Source of the DNA: Trichodelitschia bisporula
Lineage: Eukaryota
NCBI GenBank assembly: GCA_010356995.1
Contig: ML996704.1
Location: forward strand, 558,001-622,000
Length of the DNA: 64,000 nt
Reading direction: 5' to 3'
Part shown: positions 12,601 through 24,600 of the stretch, piece after piece
Numbering within the stretch: position 1 is the first letter of the stretch
Layout of the letters: each line of letters begins with the position of its first letter
The notes under the pieces: generated by a model
What the model was told of the DNA's origin: nothing
Seen by the model: the letters and a program-made list of their open reading frames with translations, nothing else
The model's database searches: none
Made by a program: the position numbers and the translations under genes

Positions 12601-13875
12601 AGGCTCCGGCCCCATATTGGGAGCATGATTGGCCACGGTCAGAAGACAATCATGCTTGTCGTGCTATCGCATCAAGACCAAGATATATATGCTGCCGTCA
12701 AGAGCCTTGCAGACTGTGAGCTTGGTCTCAGGACTGTCTGCTGCTTGTATGACAACGCCATAAAAGATGGGGGAAACAGAGGTCCGCTGCTGTCTAACCT
12801 TGCTCTCAAGTTCAATTTCAAGCTGGGATGTCCAACGCATACCATTCAGGGATTGTCTAGACTTCTTCTTCTTAACGACACGATAATCATGGGGGCCGAT
12901 GTAACCCATCCGACCAAAGGATCGCTAGCCGGTACTCCGTCTATTGCCGCTGTCGTCGCTAAAGCTTGTGACGATCAGGACTTCACCAACTTCGTGGGGT
13001 CGATGAGGCTCCAGGAAGCGCGAACAGAGGTACGCATCTCCTTTCATATCTAATCTCACTGACTTTCTGAGGTGATTGACGAAATCGGAGCTATGACGAA
13101 GGAGCGCCTGAAGGCATGGCGGTCAAAGTCACCAACAAAGACTTGGCCCAAAAACATCCTCTTCTACCGGGATGGTATCAGTGAAACGCAGTACAACGAA
13201 ATTTGGAAGAAGGAGGTGCTGGCCATTGAGGAGGCGTACAAAGAGGTGACGGGATCTCCAGCCAAACTAACTTTCGTTGTCGTCGGGAAGCGCCATCACA
13301 CGCGCTTCTTTCCGATTTCCGGGCAGCCTAACGGGAGCGTCAAGGAGAACGTCCCGCCTGGCGTTATAGTGGACCATACAATCGTGGCTCCGAACGAAGA
13401 AGACGGCTCACATGTTCTTCACAATTTTTTCCTCCAGTCTCACTGCGCCGTAAAGGGTACAGGACGGTCAGCTCACTACGTCATGCTGCGAAATGTCATG
13501 GAGCTCCCGGAAGCGAAGCTGCAAGAGATAGTAAGCTCCATCTATACCTGTCCGCCTTGAACGCTGCTAACCTTGCGCCAGACTCACAATCTTTGTTATG
13601 CATACTCTCCGGCAACCAAGGGGATATCATACTGCGCTCCGGCTTACTATGCTGATCGTCTTTGTACTCGTGGGCGTATGTATCTTCGGCTTTGTCAGGA
13701 CGTACTGGGCAATCAAGGTCATCCAGAGGGGTACACGAGGGAGGATCAAAAGCGGTGGCGTGCAAAGGTGGCGAAAAGTGTTGCAAGTTCTCCTGAATGG
13801 AACCCTAGGAATGCGGATTCCTCGAGGACGAACCCGTGGCATCCCAATTTCGACAACCTCATGTTCTACGTTTGA
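9685..13875 (+). CDS. Argonaute (QDE-2-like; N, L1, PAZ, MID, PIWI) with long low-complexity N-terminal extension
   Basis: 'VRTNYL', L1 'IRGYFTSIRP..GLLLNVN', MID 'IYAAVK..ALKFNFKLG', PIWI 'MGADVTHP', 'FYRDGISE', 'VGKRHHTRFF', 'FFLQSH..GTGRSAHY', 'PAYYADRLC', and C-terminal 'MFYV'. Predicted introns 11894-11934, 12180-12228, 13030-13071, 13531-13581. The start codon is less certain. Confidence 0.93.
10024..10353 (+). repeat. 33-bp (11-aa) degenerate tandem repeat, about 10 copies, consensus SP[TA]KT[PS]Q.[RK]TP, inside the Argonaute N-terminus
   Basis: SPTKNPQKRYT/SPTKTSQNRAS/SLVRTSQSRFS/SPPKTPQARTP/SPAKTPQARTV/YPVKNPQPRTP/SPAKTPHTKTP/SPTKTSQLRSP/PPAKTPQAKTP/STTKTSQPKKA. Confidence 0.9.
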
Positions 13876-14339
13876 GGGTGAGGCGGAGGTTTGTCTCCTG
13901 TTATTGCTCGCATACATTGTCAGGATCCGCATGTTTGAGATGTTCTAGCGGTCAAGACTTATTGCGACATAGATGAAGGCACACATGAATATCAAAGGCT
14001 TGATATTAACTTTGGGTTGCTGATGCTTTAGTATGCTGGTCTTCACCGTGCTGTATTCGCACCTTTCATGTCCCAATATACGCTTGGCAGCGACTTCGAC
14101 CAACAGGCGGGGCGGAGCGGAGGTGGGACTAACCTCCGCCGATAGGCTCCGAAGACGGAAAAAAAGTTCACCAGGTCAGGCACGACTCCAAGGCACAGAC
14201 ATCCACAATTTTCCTGCCCAAGCCTCAATCTGACCTTTGCTCATTGGCACCATCGCTAAGCTAGGAGCTTCAAAACTCACTGTCAACTTTCACATCTCAG
14301 ATCCGCAGCAGTCGTACCTTTGTTCGTTATCAGCGCACC

Positions 14340-15525
14340 ATGGTACTCCCTCCTGTGAAAACGGGTGCTGCTGGCACTTCGGCGAAGGATGTCAAGAAGG
14401 AGTCAACGTATGCGCGATTGACTGGCGCCGGTAGGTCTTCGCTTGTTTGAATGAGCATTATTGACTGAGCACCAGGTTGCGCCGGTATCGCTGAGCTCAT
14501 TGTGTTCCACCCAGTATGCGCCTCGTCGTCTTCATGAGTATGCCCGGAAGCTTATGCGCCATGGATAGGTCGATACAACTGCTAAGCGTCTCATGAGTAA
14601 CTATGGGAGGGTACGTTAAGATCTGGTGTAGCCATCAGGGTGGTGCTGACTGCGTGCTCGTCAGATTACCTCGGCTTCGCAGCTCAACTCTGTCATATTC
14701 AAAGATAAAGCTCAAGCATCGGTTCCCAAGCGCTTTCTCTCGCTCTTCCCTGGACTTGGATATGCGGCGTCATACAAGGTACGCGTGACTAAAGTTTGCA
14801 CGCAAGGCGCGGCCTTGCTAACATGTTCAGATTCTCCAGCGCGTATACAAATACGGCGGGCAGCCTTTCATGCGGGATTACCTAGCCAGGAACTGGGGGG
14901 ACTCCTTTGATGCAGCTTTCGGGAAGGGTAACGGTAAAGCCATTATGCATGCGACGGCAGGCAGCTTGATCGGCATTGGAGAAATCGTGATTCTTCCGCT
15001 CGACGTGTTGAAGATCAAGCGTCAGACGAATCCTGAGGCCTTCCGTGGTCGTGGGGTGCTGAAAATTGTCAAGGACGAAGGCTTCAGCCTCTACAGAGGT
15101 TGGGGCTGGACTGCCGCTCGCAACGCTCCTGGATCGTTTGCCGTAGGCTGCCTCCCTCTTTACAGTCTCAAATGCTGACAGCCATCCAGCTCTTTGGTGG
15201 CTCCGCGGCTGCAAAGCAATACATCTACAAACTAGAAGACTACAACAAGGCCACCTGGACCCAGAACTTCGTCGCCTCTATTATGGGTGCAAGCTCTTCC
15301 ATCCTCGTTTCCGCCCCCCTGGACGTCATTAAGACTCGGATACAGAACCGCAACTTTGAAAATCCGGAGAGCGGCTTTCGCATAATATCCAACATGATCA
15401 AGCACGAGGGTGCGCCTGCCTTCTTCAAGGGCTTGATACCGAAACTTCTGATGACTGGGCCCAAGCTTGTGTTTTCCTTCTGGCTGGCGCAGACCTTGAT
15501 TCCTGCGTTCGACAAGTATATGTAG
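14340..15525 (+). CDS. GGC1: Mitochondrial GTP/GDP carrier, five introns
   Basis: 'FHPVDTTAKRLMSN', 'YKILQRVYKYGGQP', 'LPLDVLKIKRQTNPEAFRGRG', 'APLDVIKTRIQNRNF' and 'PKLLMTGPKLVFSFWLAQ', typical of Ggc1/Yhm1. Confidence 0.95.
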
Positions 15526-16462
15526 GAACCATAATACCCTTGTTGGCTTCGTTCCCTTTGTACGCATGGATTTGGCAAGGATATGGCTGGCGTTGGGAAC
15601 CCCGAGGGGCCTGTGGGGGAAGGCGCGCTCGGGAGTGTCAAAAGCTTTTCGATGTACGGATGTAGAAGTATCATGGCCGGTTATTTGCTGCAGGTAGCTG
15701 CAGGAGGATCGAAATTCTGTAATACAATCACGAGCACAACGAATCTGATGTTGATAAGCGACACTTCTTTCATGTGGATGATGGAGGGGCCCCTGCGCCG
15801 TATGCATGTTGACAGCCTGCAAGATGGAGGATCCGCCGAGGGATGCAACTCTGGGACGGGCGATTCACAAAGTCGTGTGCCCAAAGCCCTTCTGTTTGGT
15901 ACAAACCTCTGCTATTTAGACGGTAGGCAAGCCACACACAGCGGAAGGTGTCAAACAGCAGTGAGGCATCTGACCAGGTCAGTAACAAGGCAGAGTCAGC
16001 AGATAGGATAATGATGTTGAGTTAGGCAAAACCCCAGAATCTGGTCAGCAAGCTAGTTCTAGGTGCAGAGCGATTCACCTAGGATATATAAGGAGGTATA
16101 TTTGCAGCGACTGATTCACCACTGTGTACTTATCATACACGATTAGTCTTTCACTCACGAAGAGTACACAGTACACAGTACCTCAGTAAATCCAAGGTGC
16201 CAGCCGCCGCGTCGCATGCACAGACCCCTGCAGTGTTACGGCTGGCGGAGACTCGGATTTTATAAAGTCCGCCCCGTGGCATCCTCAAGACCCAGGTTGC
16301 GTCGCCAACCTGACCTCCTGCAACTCCTCCATCCATCCCCTCCACGACGAACAACTCTCTATCGACCAAAGCATATCCCCGCCGCCTGCACGCAATCGTA
16401 CATCTGCCCAACAACTCTTACTGCTAATTGTCAATCTTTGCGCATCCCGTTCTACCGCCGCA

Positions 16463-17396
16463 ATGAATCCCGAGTAGTGCGTCTCCCCTCCGCCACTCGT
16501 CATCTGCTGCAAACGGCAGCTCGGCATGGTCCTTCCACGCTCTAGAGACCCCAAAGGCTAACTCCCTTGCGATTCAGAGTTTAACCACCTCCATACTTCA
16601 CCCGGAGTTGTCTTCAAGGGTGAGACGGAAGTACAGAGCTAACGCAGGCAACCATCAGATACGACTATTTGTTCAAGCTACTCCTCATCGGAGACTCCGG
16701 TGTCGGAAAGTCCTGTCTGCTTCTTCGGTTTGCGGACGACACGTACACGGAGAGCTATATCTCCACGATTGGTGTCGACTTTGTAGGTAGTCCACCTGGA
16801 TAAAGCAAGCCAAGCTAATCCCTTCACAGAAGATTCGCACCATTGAGCTGGATGGCAAGACGGTGAAGTTGCAAATTGTACGTAAATCGGAGCCTACTTC
16901 ATCGGCTGCTGACGGTCTTTTAGTGGGACACCGCTGGTCAAGAACGGTTCCGCACGATCACTTCGTCCTATTACCGCGGTGCCCATGGCATCTGCGTCGT
17001 TTACGATGTGACAGATATGGATTCGTTCAACAACGTCAAGCAGTGGCTGCAGGAAATTGATCGCTACGCCACGGAGGGTGTGAACAAGCTCCTGGTTGGC
17101 AACAAGAGCGACATGGCAGACAAAAAGGTTGTGGAGTATACTGTCGCGAAGGTATTTTGCCCCGCATGCGCCCAACGACCAGACTCTAAACAACTGGCTA
17201 GGAATTCGCAGACAGCCTCGGCATACCTTTCCTGGAGACGTCCGCGAAGAACGCCTCCAACGTTGAACAAGCCTTCCTGACCATGGCCCGGCAAATCAAG
17301 GAGCGTATGGGCAACACCGCCAATCAGAACAAGGAGAAGATCAACATCGGACCGGGTCAGAGCGTTCAATCGGGTTCTGCAGGTGGGTGTTGCTAG
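16463..17396 (+). CDS. YPT1: Rab1/Ypt1 GTPase, spliced
   Basis: [54 protein letters not shown] and ETSAK motifs; C-terminal GGCC prenylation motif. Confidence 0.97.
16474..16658 (+). other. Complex intervening sequence: [D3,4] stwintron in YPT1 (internal intron 16477-16577 inside the donor of the external intron)
   Basis: GA|GTA[GTGCGT...GCTAAC(16557)...CAG(16577)]AGT...GCTAAC(16638)...CAG(16658)|ATACGAC. Excising the internal intron creates GTAAGT; the final joint GA+A TAC restores E-Y. Confidence 0.85.
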
Positions 17397-18099
17397 GCGT
17401 AAGGCGACTGATGAGGTGGAGTCGAGCTTCATGAGCATATGTCACGTGCATTCCCCTGTTCGTTACGCTCTTCCGAGAGGGATGGTCGGTGGCTCTCTCG
17501 GCTTAGTTGGATCATGTTTTCGGGTTTGTTGGCGGGTTTCGGGAATGAGTGGAATGCACTTGAGTGACCGGGACATGCTTTGGGCAACGGAACGTTAGAT
17601 AGACAACCTGCGGCGCGCTCTTTGACGGCAACCTCAAATTTGTCGCCTCTGCTGCTCTCCTAAGTTCGGGGTCTTTGTTTCTGTCACATCTGGTTGCTGT
17701 TCTTTGTTACACGGCGATAACGGTGCACATTGCGTCTGGTTAGTCTGACTAATAACTCGAGTTATCATGTACTTTGGGCTGCGTGCTGGTGTCCGGGAAT
17801 TCCACTGTCTATGTCAGAGTAAGGGAACGGTTCTCAAATTTTACGACTGGCAGAGGAAGTCAGGGATGCCGCGCAAACTCGGTGCGTAGGAATGGATGGC
17901 AAGGCGGGAAGCATGGCGTAGCTTCAGCCATCCATAAAGCTCTATGGATAGAGGTGGTCTCTCGGGGTCTGCGTTTTGAAGACAGGATTGAAGCCTTGAA
18001 AACGTGTAGTAGGCCAACAAGTGGCTATCTAGCTTCACGACTAAGTCCGAGCCCAAATACCGCCCATGACCTACGCTACATGCCATGCCTTAATACCCC

Positions 18100-20739
18100 T
18101 TAATCATCATCATCGTCCAATCCAGCCAACCGATTATCAGCAATCTCCTCGATCTTTCCCGCCAAAACCTCTCGTCCAAACCTCCTCGCCACTTTACCCG
18201 CCGCATCGAGCATCCGTCCGCTCCGATCCCTCATCAAACCCACAATCTCTAGCGCCTTCATTCCGCGCTCCTCGCCCTCGCGGCACTCCGCCGCTAGCAG
18301 CTGCAGCAGCGCCTTATCAGCCTCCACTTCCCACCTTGCGACTTCCATCTTCTGTGCCTGGCTCGCGCGCGTCGCAGCAAGGAGATCTTCGCCCAGCGCT
18401 ACTAACGTCGAGTGGAGTACATACGCCTGCTCGTGCGCGCGACTCTCGCGACCAGGATCCTCGTCCTCTGCGCCAACCGTCGCAGAAAGTGGGATTTCAA
18501 AGTCGAAGTCCGATAGCAGCGGTCGTGGGAAATACGGGTACCGCTCCCCGCCCTTCAAAATGATGCAGTGGAACTTGCCCCCCGCGACCGCGACCGGCCA
18601 GTACGACTCCTCGCGTCGCCCGCCTGCCAGCCGATCCAGCCGCGTTGTGTCCAGCAGCGGTACCCAGCGGGCTTGGCCGGGTGTGCGCCAGTGCACGAGC
18701 ACGCAGAGCACGCCTGAGTCGTCGAAGATGTACGGGTCGCCCGAGTCGGACCAGAATACACTTTGCAGGTTGCCGCCGGGTGGGAGAGCTACGACATCTT
18801 GTGACTGGCACACGTCGTCACGCTTCACGTTTTCGATGCTGTATACGAGCTGCGTGCGGCCGTCCGCTCCCACCGGCCCGTTGCCTACTACGAGCACGTA
18901 GTCGCGCCAGGCAGCGCAGGTCACAGCGGGAGAAGCCTTCATCCGTGATACTCGGACTGGGACGCCAAAGAGCGTGTACACGCGTACGAAGCCCCGGTCT
19001 GTGCATGCTACGATGTACGAGTCCGAGAGCGCGATGGCAAGGACGGCTTCGCCGGCTGGTAGGCTGGTACGCCAGTCGGCACGGGTGTGCCAGGTCTCAT
19101 GGGGGCGGTAGTAGAGCTGTGCGGAGTCGCTACCACGAGGTTGGGAGGAGAAAAGCGCGCCGTTGTCGTTTAGACATGCCTTATCGTACATCCATGGATC
19201 TGTGAAATGAAAGTCGCGCCGGAAGCTGCGATCGTAAAACTCAACCGTCACGGTGTGGTGGGTTTCCTGGTTTACCGTCCAGACGATGCCTGTGAAGTTG
19301 AGGCAAAGATATCGGCGGTTGCCCCGCCAAGGTGTGCTTGCGGGTTGGAAGGGTTCGTGGATGGTTGGGGTCCAAGGTTCAGCTGCCTGACGCTTTGAGC
19401 GAGGAACCGGGCCGTCACCGTCGTGGGGCCGCTTGTTTGGTCTGGCGGCTCCATTGACATACCCTGCACCATCGTCATCAATGATGAAGTCGTCGCCGTC
19501 GTCTCCACCAATCGACATGTCATCGAATATCGCATCGACTGAGTCAGGGGTGCCAGCGCGGCGAACAGGGCGGGTAGGAATGGCGGCCTTTTGGCCATTT
19601 GTGGGGGCAGAGCGAGCATCTGGGAGGGAATCGTTGATGAAGGGGGCGGGCTGAAGGCTCTTTTGGAGGATAGATTCGTAGGCGGTAGGAACGAAGTCGG
19701 TGTGGATGTAGAGCTCGCCATCGTTGTTGGTGTAAGAGAGGATGTTTTGAGACGGGTGCCAAGTCAGTGCGAGGATAGGGGCGCGGATGTCGGTGAAGGA
19801 GGCGAGGATCTTTTGGGTCTTGGCATCCCACAGGTGCAGTTTGCGGTCCAGGCCAGTCGTTGCCAGGAGAGCGCCGTTAGGTGACCAGGCGGCAGCGCTG
19901 ATATCACCAGTGTGGCCATCCTGGAAGACACGCTGATTTGTCCAGTCGCTACGGGAGACGACCTGTACGTCCTTGCTAGAGGTAGGCGCCGCAAACGCCC
20001 TCCCATCCGGATGCCAAATAATCTTGGAGCTGGCTTCTGCATCTGTCTCAAGGCTCTTGACCAGGCCGTCTAACTTCTTTTGGAGCTGCGGCTCTTCGGA
20101 ACTGAGAGAGTAGATGTAGACAACGCCGTCGGAGCACGAAGCAGCGAGCAAGGTGCCAGTCTTGTCAAAGCTGACATGTTTCACCGGCTTCGACTGTTCC
20201 CGTAGGTATAGTACTCGAGTGGTGTCTTTAGTGTTGACGACCTTGACGACAAGCTCGCTGCGCTCAGTTAGAGACGGGTCTGCTACGCTTGGGGATGTAC
20301 GCACTCGCTGGCCACAGCCGCCCAGTTGCCATCCGGTGAAAGGGCAATATCGCGGACCGGAAGCGTACATCTGGTAAGGAGATCGTCGAGGGTATTGGTC
20401 TCCAGCGAATACTTGGACACCGTTCCATCCTCGCAGCCGGTGATGAAGAAGTCATTCTGCGGCCGTCAGTCTCCGAGACACGAGGGCTTATGGGATGCCT
20501 ACATGTGCCGCAACAGCCGTATTGCTATCCTGGCAGTTGTCTATGGTCGTAGGTTCGGCATCAGATCCCGTATGAAAGACACGTATGGCATTGTTCAGGC
20601 CGATCGTGATGAGTTTCGTCCCGTCAGGTGTGTAGGCGAGAAAGGTGGGACCCGGCGTATCTAGCAGTGTTAAAGCAGTTCTTTCTCTCTAGGCGTTAAA
20701 CTCACGAGCTGGTCGTCCTCTTAATCGCGGTGGAGCCAT
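18100..20739 (-). CDS. CTF4: Ctf4/Mcl1/SepB (AND-1) replisome adaptor: WD40 repeats plus SepB domain
   Basis: Starts MAPPRLRGRPA. WD40 repeats (GHTGDISAAAWSPNG), Mcl1_mid 'PFQPASTPWRGNRRYLCLN...VTVEFYDR', and 'WVPLLDT...ESYWPVAV...YPYFPRP'. Confidence 0.93.
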
Positions 20740-20821
20740 GAGGAAAGACGGGTGTCGTAATCGTGAGAAAGGGTGATACAGCTCCGTACACAATAATGGC
20801 CTCGAAGTCACAAAGCACTTT

Positions 20822-20851
20822 GCGCGTTGTCGCGTCTCGTACGCGACGCGG
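20822..20851. promoter_or_regulatory. Cluster of four MCB-like CGCG elements upstream of CTF4 (divergent CTF4/CHZ1 promoter)
   Basis: GCGCGT 20822, TCGCGT 20830, ACGCGA 20841 and ACGCGG 20846, 85-110 bp upstream of the ATG, followed by CCAAT at 20864. MBF control of replication genes is established in yeasts. Confidence 0.6.
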
Positions 20852-21230
20852 ATCACGCCAAAACCAATTATCCGCTCCAAGGCTGTTGACCCCTGTGCGG
20901 CCTAGGCCGTTTGCTTCCGTCAGACAAAGCCAATTATGTCAGGGAAAAGTCAAAAGCACGATGCCCGCGTGTCGGGCCAATCAAGCGGGCTTGGCTTCGC
21001 GACTGCAAACCTTAAGCGCGGGACGGTGGTTGCGCACACGCGGTTGTTCCAGCAACAACATCCTGCTACTTAAGTTCAACAGCTCTGACCGCGACGCCCT
21101 CTGGGAACACACGATTACCATAAGTCTTCAACTGTTGACTTTGTTCAATACATCGACCTCCGCATACACACAACTGCTCTCCGTCTCCGCCCTCGAAAAC
21201 GATCAGATTTTCTCCTGCAGCCCCGCAACC

Positions 21231-21681
21231 ATGAGCGACCAAGCTTCGAACACGCTTCAGAGCGCTACTTCCGAAGGCAAGGGCAAGGGCAAGGCCATTG
21301 ACACCCAGCAACCTGACTACAGCATGGATGAGGCGAGCGAGGAGTCCGAGTTTGATGAGGAAGTTGTATGTCCCCTCACGCGGAGCTTGCGGTGACGTGA
21401 TGCTGACGATGCTTGTCTACAGGAACCTGAGCGTACGTATCACAACACAGTGTGTCTGTGATGACCACCGTTAACACAGTGCAGCTGAGGAGGAGGATGA
21501 AGACAACATGGAGGAGATTGATCTCGACAACATCGTTGAGGGCGGTCAGCGCACCCGTGGCAAGACCATCGACTTCGCCGAAGCTGCTCGTAAGGCGCAG
21601 GAGCTTGGTGACGACGATGAGGAAGAGGAGGACGATGACTACGTCGACCCCGAGGCCGAGGCTGATGCGATGGAAGAGTAG
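21231..21681 (+). CDS. CHZ1: Histone H2A.Z chaperone Chz1, with 10-nt micro-exon 21423-21432
   Basis: 'KGKGKA', acidic tracts, and the CHZ motif 'EDEDNMEEIDLDNIVEGGQRTRGKTIDFAEAA'. Two introns. Confidence 0.92.
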
Positions 21682-24600
21682 AGAGCGACTCGCCGTGATC
21701 GCGTGCAAGGCTGGCAGCGAGAGGAAAGGTATGGCCCTATAAATTCCCGGTGCACTGGCTATTGGGCAATGGACGTCCTGCAACACGGCTCCTTACTCGT
21801 GCAATTCCAGTCCGCTACCGTTCCCCGGTTCGTGAAGCAGCGCGAATGTGGGGAAAGGAAGCTTGGCCTGGTGCCGTGCAGGACGGCGTCGACGTGTATG
21901 CATTACCGTTTGCTAATCCTTTGTTTGCGCCACAGGTTGTGTACTCCGATCTCTTCCGCATTAAAATTCGTTTGCCAATCTAGTACACTAGAACCAACGT
22001 GCGGGACTGCGGTGTTTCAGGAACTGGCGGGACGGCGGTCATGGCTTATTCGGTGGGGAGTTTTGCGGGTTGCGGACTCATGGGCATCACCGGGCATGGT
22101 TATCCTGCAGTTTTGTAGGTGGTACCGTATGCTGGTAGTCGAATGCCTTACATAGAAAGCTTTTGCGTCGTGAAGAAGTGCCAACGTGGCCATTGGCTTG
22201 ACTTGAGAATCGCGCTGTCAGACTTTGCTTCCTGCAACGCGCACGGCACAGCTGAGGCGTGAGTCTTGCGGCTTGCCACCCTCCGCACCCGACTTCTCCC
22301 GAATCTCGCGGTCATGAGCCGCGCTGGACTTTTTTTCATCACCCGCTTCTGTTGCGCTGTCGAACGCCATCACCTAGCTACCCGTAAGTACTCGAAGCAC
22401 TTCAGGTAGGCCGTACCGGTACCCCCCCCACGCCTTGACGCACACCAAATCGAAGTGGCGAACCGACCTAATGCATATGCAGCCGGTACGCTCACCAACC
22501 GCGAGCTCAAGATCAACCAACAAGGCTGGATCGACGGCTCGTCGCCGCCGCGCCGGCCTCTCAACTTGGCTGGATGGGATGCATGTACCAGTACTCCATC
22601 CTTTTGCACCAGATGACCGGGCGAGATTTTCGCCTTAGTATCTATCTCGTGTTCGCGCGCAATGACCGTATCACACCGCGCCCCAGGCTTCTTCACCGCA
22701 GTGCAGCTGCGGTACGTATACGCCGGAAGGCGAAGCCGCAGCCCGCCGGAAGATCTGGCCCTCCCACGCTGCCGCCCAACCACACACAAACATTATTCAC
22801 TCGTTGTTGGTCTTGCCCGCGGCGCAAAGCGCTTTGCCGTAGGCAGCCGATTCCGCCCAGCGGCGGCACCGTGACTAAAATATATTCGGCCATAGGATGG
22901 CGCGGAGGCCTTCATGGCGAGGTAGTGGGTCATTCATCTAGCCGTTGAGCTTGGTACCTTGGGCTTTGAACCATCTTGGGCCCTGCATTCAGTACCGCTA
23001 GGGAGATAGGTGAAGGCTTGTTGACTGCACAGGAACTGGCTCCAGGACCGGAGAGACGTGGTCAAAAATTGGGTGAGATCCCGTCCGCGGCGGGGAGGCT
23101 GAGGCTAAGCGATATCGGAAGCCAAGCAACGGAGGCGGTCGCGGCCGCTTTGTTTGACGGGAACGGACTTCAAATGCTGGATGAAGTCGGTCTTTCAATG
23201 GAAGCGGACTGTTCGGCGACTGCAGAATAGACGAGAGGACAATGCTTGACGCCACGGTGCTGCAACAAGGAACGGCATCATGGAGCTGCTTCTGTCGAAC
23301 ACGAAGGCTGCTGCAGTCAGTTCGCGGCGAAGGGAATGCCATGCTTGCGGACGCTGCCCAATTGGATGACAGCCTGCTTCTTTCGGCCCTGCCCGCGTGG
23401 TCGATGAGTTGATACGCCATTCATGCAGCATGCACTTCGGTGTCTGATGGACCAGGTGTGTGTGGGATGTTGTCTCCGCAGCTGCTGACACTGCGGCAGG
23501 CATGAGCGTTAATCGAGCTTCATCATCACAAAGGGTAATGCAATGCATGGCTCAATCCATACTCGTGGCGATCATAAGCTTTGATGCTCTCGGTCAGCAA
23601 TTCATTTAACGGCTGTGAGCTACAGCATTCCAGTTCAATAGCTTCGGCCCTGCATCGACTGTACCGTATCGCGGAGAAGGCCTAACAAGCGTGTCTTGTA
23701 CGGTATGCACCACAAAGGTCTGGTGATACTCGCCTCTCAAGCGAAACTCCCCACTCCATAGTGTGCCGAGCCGCCCAAGGCATCAACACGCTTCGCGGCA
23801 CTAACCGGTCAACGCGCCTTGAATTGAACTCCACGGCGTATAGCGGAGCACTCGCCGCGACACTGAGGGTTCAGCATGACAGTCTAGTTCGTTGATAAGG
23901 ACGTCGCGCTGTCCCGCGACCAGCCCGCGTGGGGATGACCATCCCGAATTACGCACCCCGCGAAGACCCCCATGTTCGCGGTCCCCCTCCACGCACAACC
24001 CCCGCCATCGGCCGTGGCGCCGGGCGCCACGCCCACAGACCGATGTGGATGAAGCGCGCTGCACGTCAAAATACCAGGCCAACTGCTGCCCTTTGCGCGC
24101 GGGCGCAATACGGCCTTCTTTCGACGTCGACCTTCCTTTCTGGAGATTTGGCCATGGAGTATGCATAGTCTTTGGCTTCTACACCCCTTCGTCCTCGCCT
24201 GCCATCTGCTGCTGCTGTTGCGATTGCCTCATCTCTTCACCCCGCTTAGCGAGCTTGGCCCCACACTGCCCATCTCCAAAAGTCCCCACTCCACCCCGCC
24301 ATCGTCTCAATAACCCCCAACCACCGCCCCTACCCCTCCCGCGATGCGTACCGTAGATCCAGCCATGCGGGCGCGGCGCCGCACGGCCGTGAAATAAGCC
24401 CACATCCGCCCGCCGAGCCCAGCGACATAGTCACACAGCGTAGCGAGCGGAGTCAAATCCAGTAGCAGGCAGGTCGGGGCATCCTGGTTCAAAGCCGGGA
24501 ATACCCGGCTACGGAAAGCTGGGAATGGCAGGATAGAATAGCTTGTCAGAGAGCAGAAAAAAGATGGAGCGTGGGGTACAGCATGCACGAGCAAGGTTCA

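Noticed and set aside
22300..22950. Coding-looking pieces (ELKINQQGWIDG; MGCMYQYSILLHQMTGRDF)
   Set aside because: Short, in different frames, with no recognisable motif; would need BLASTx.
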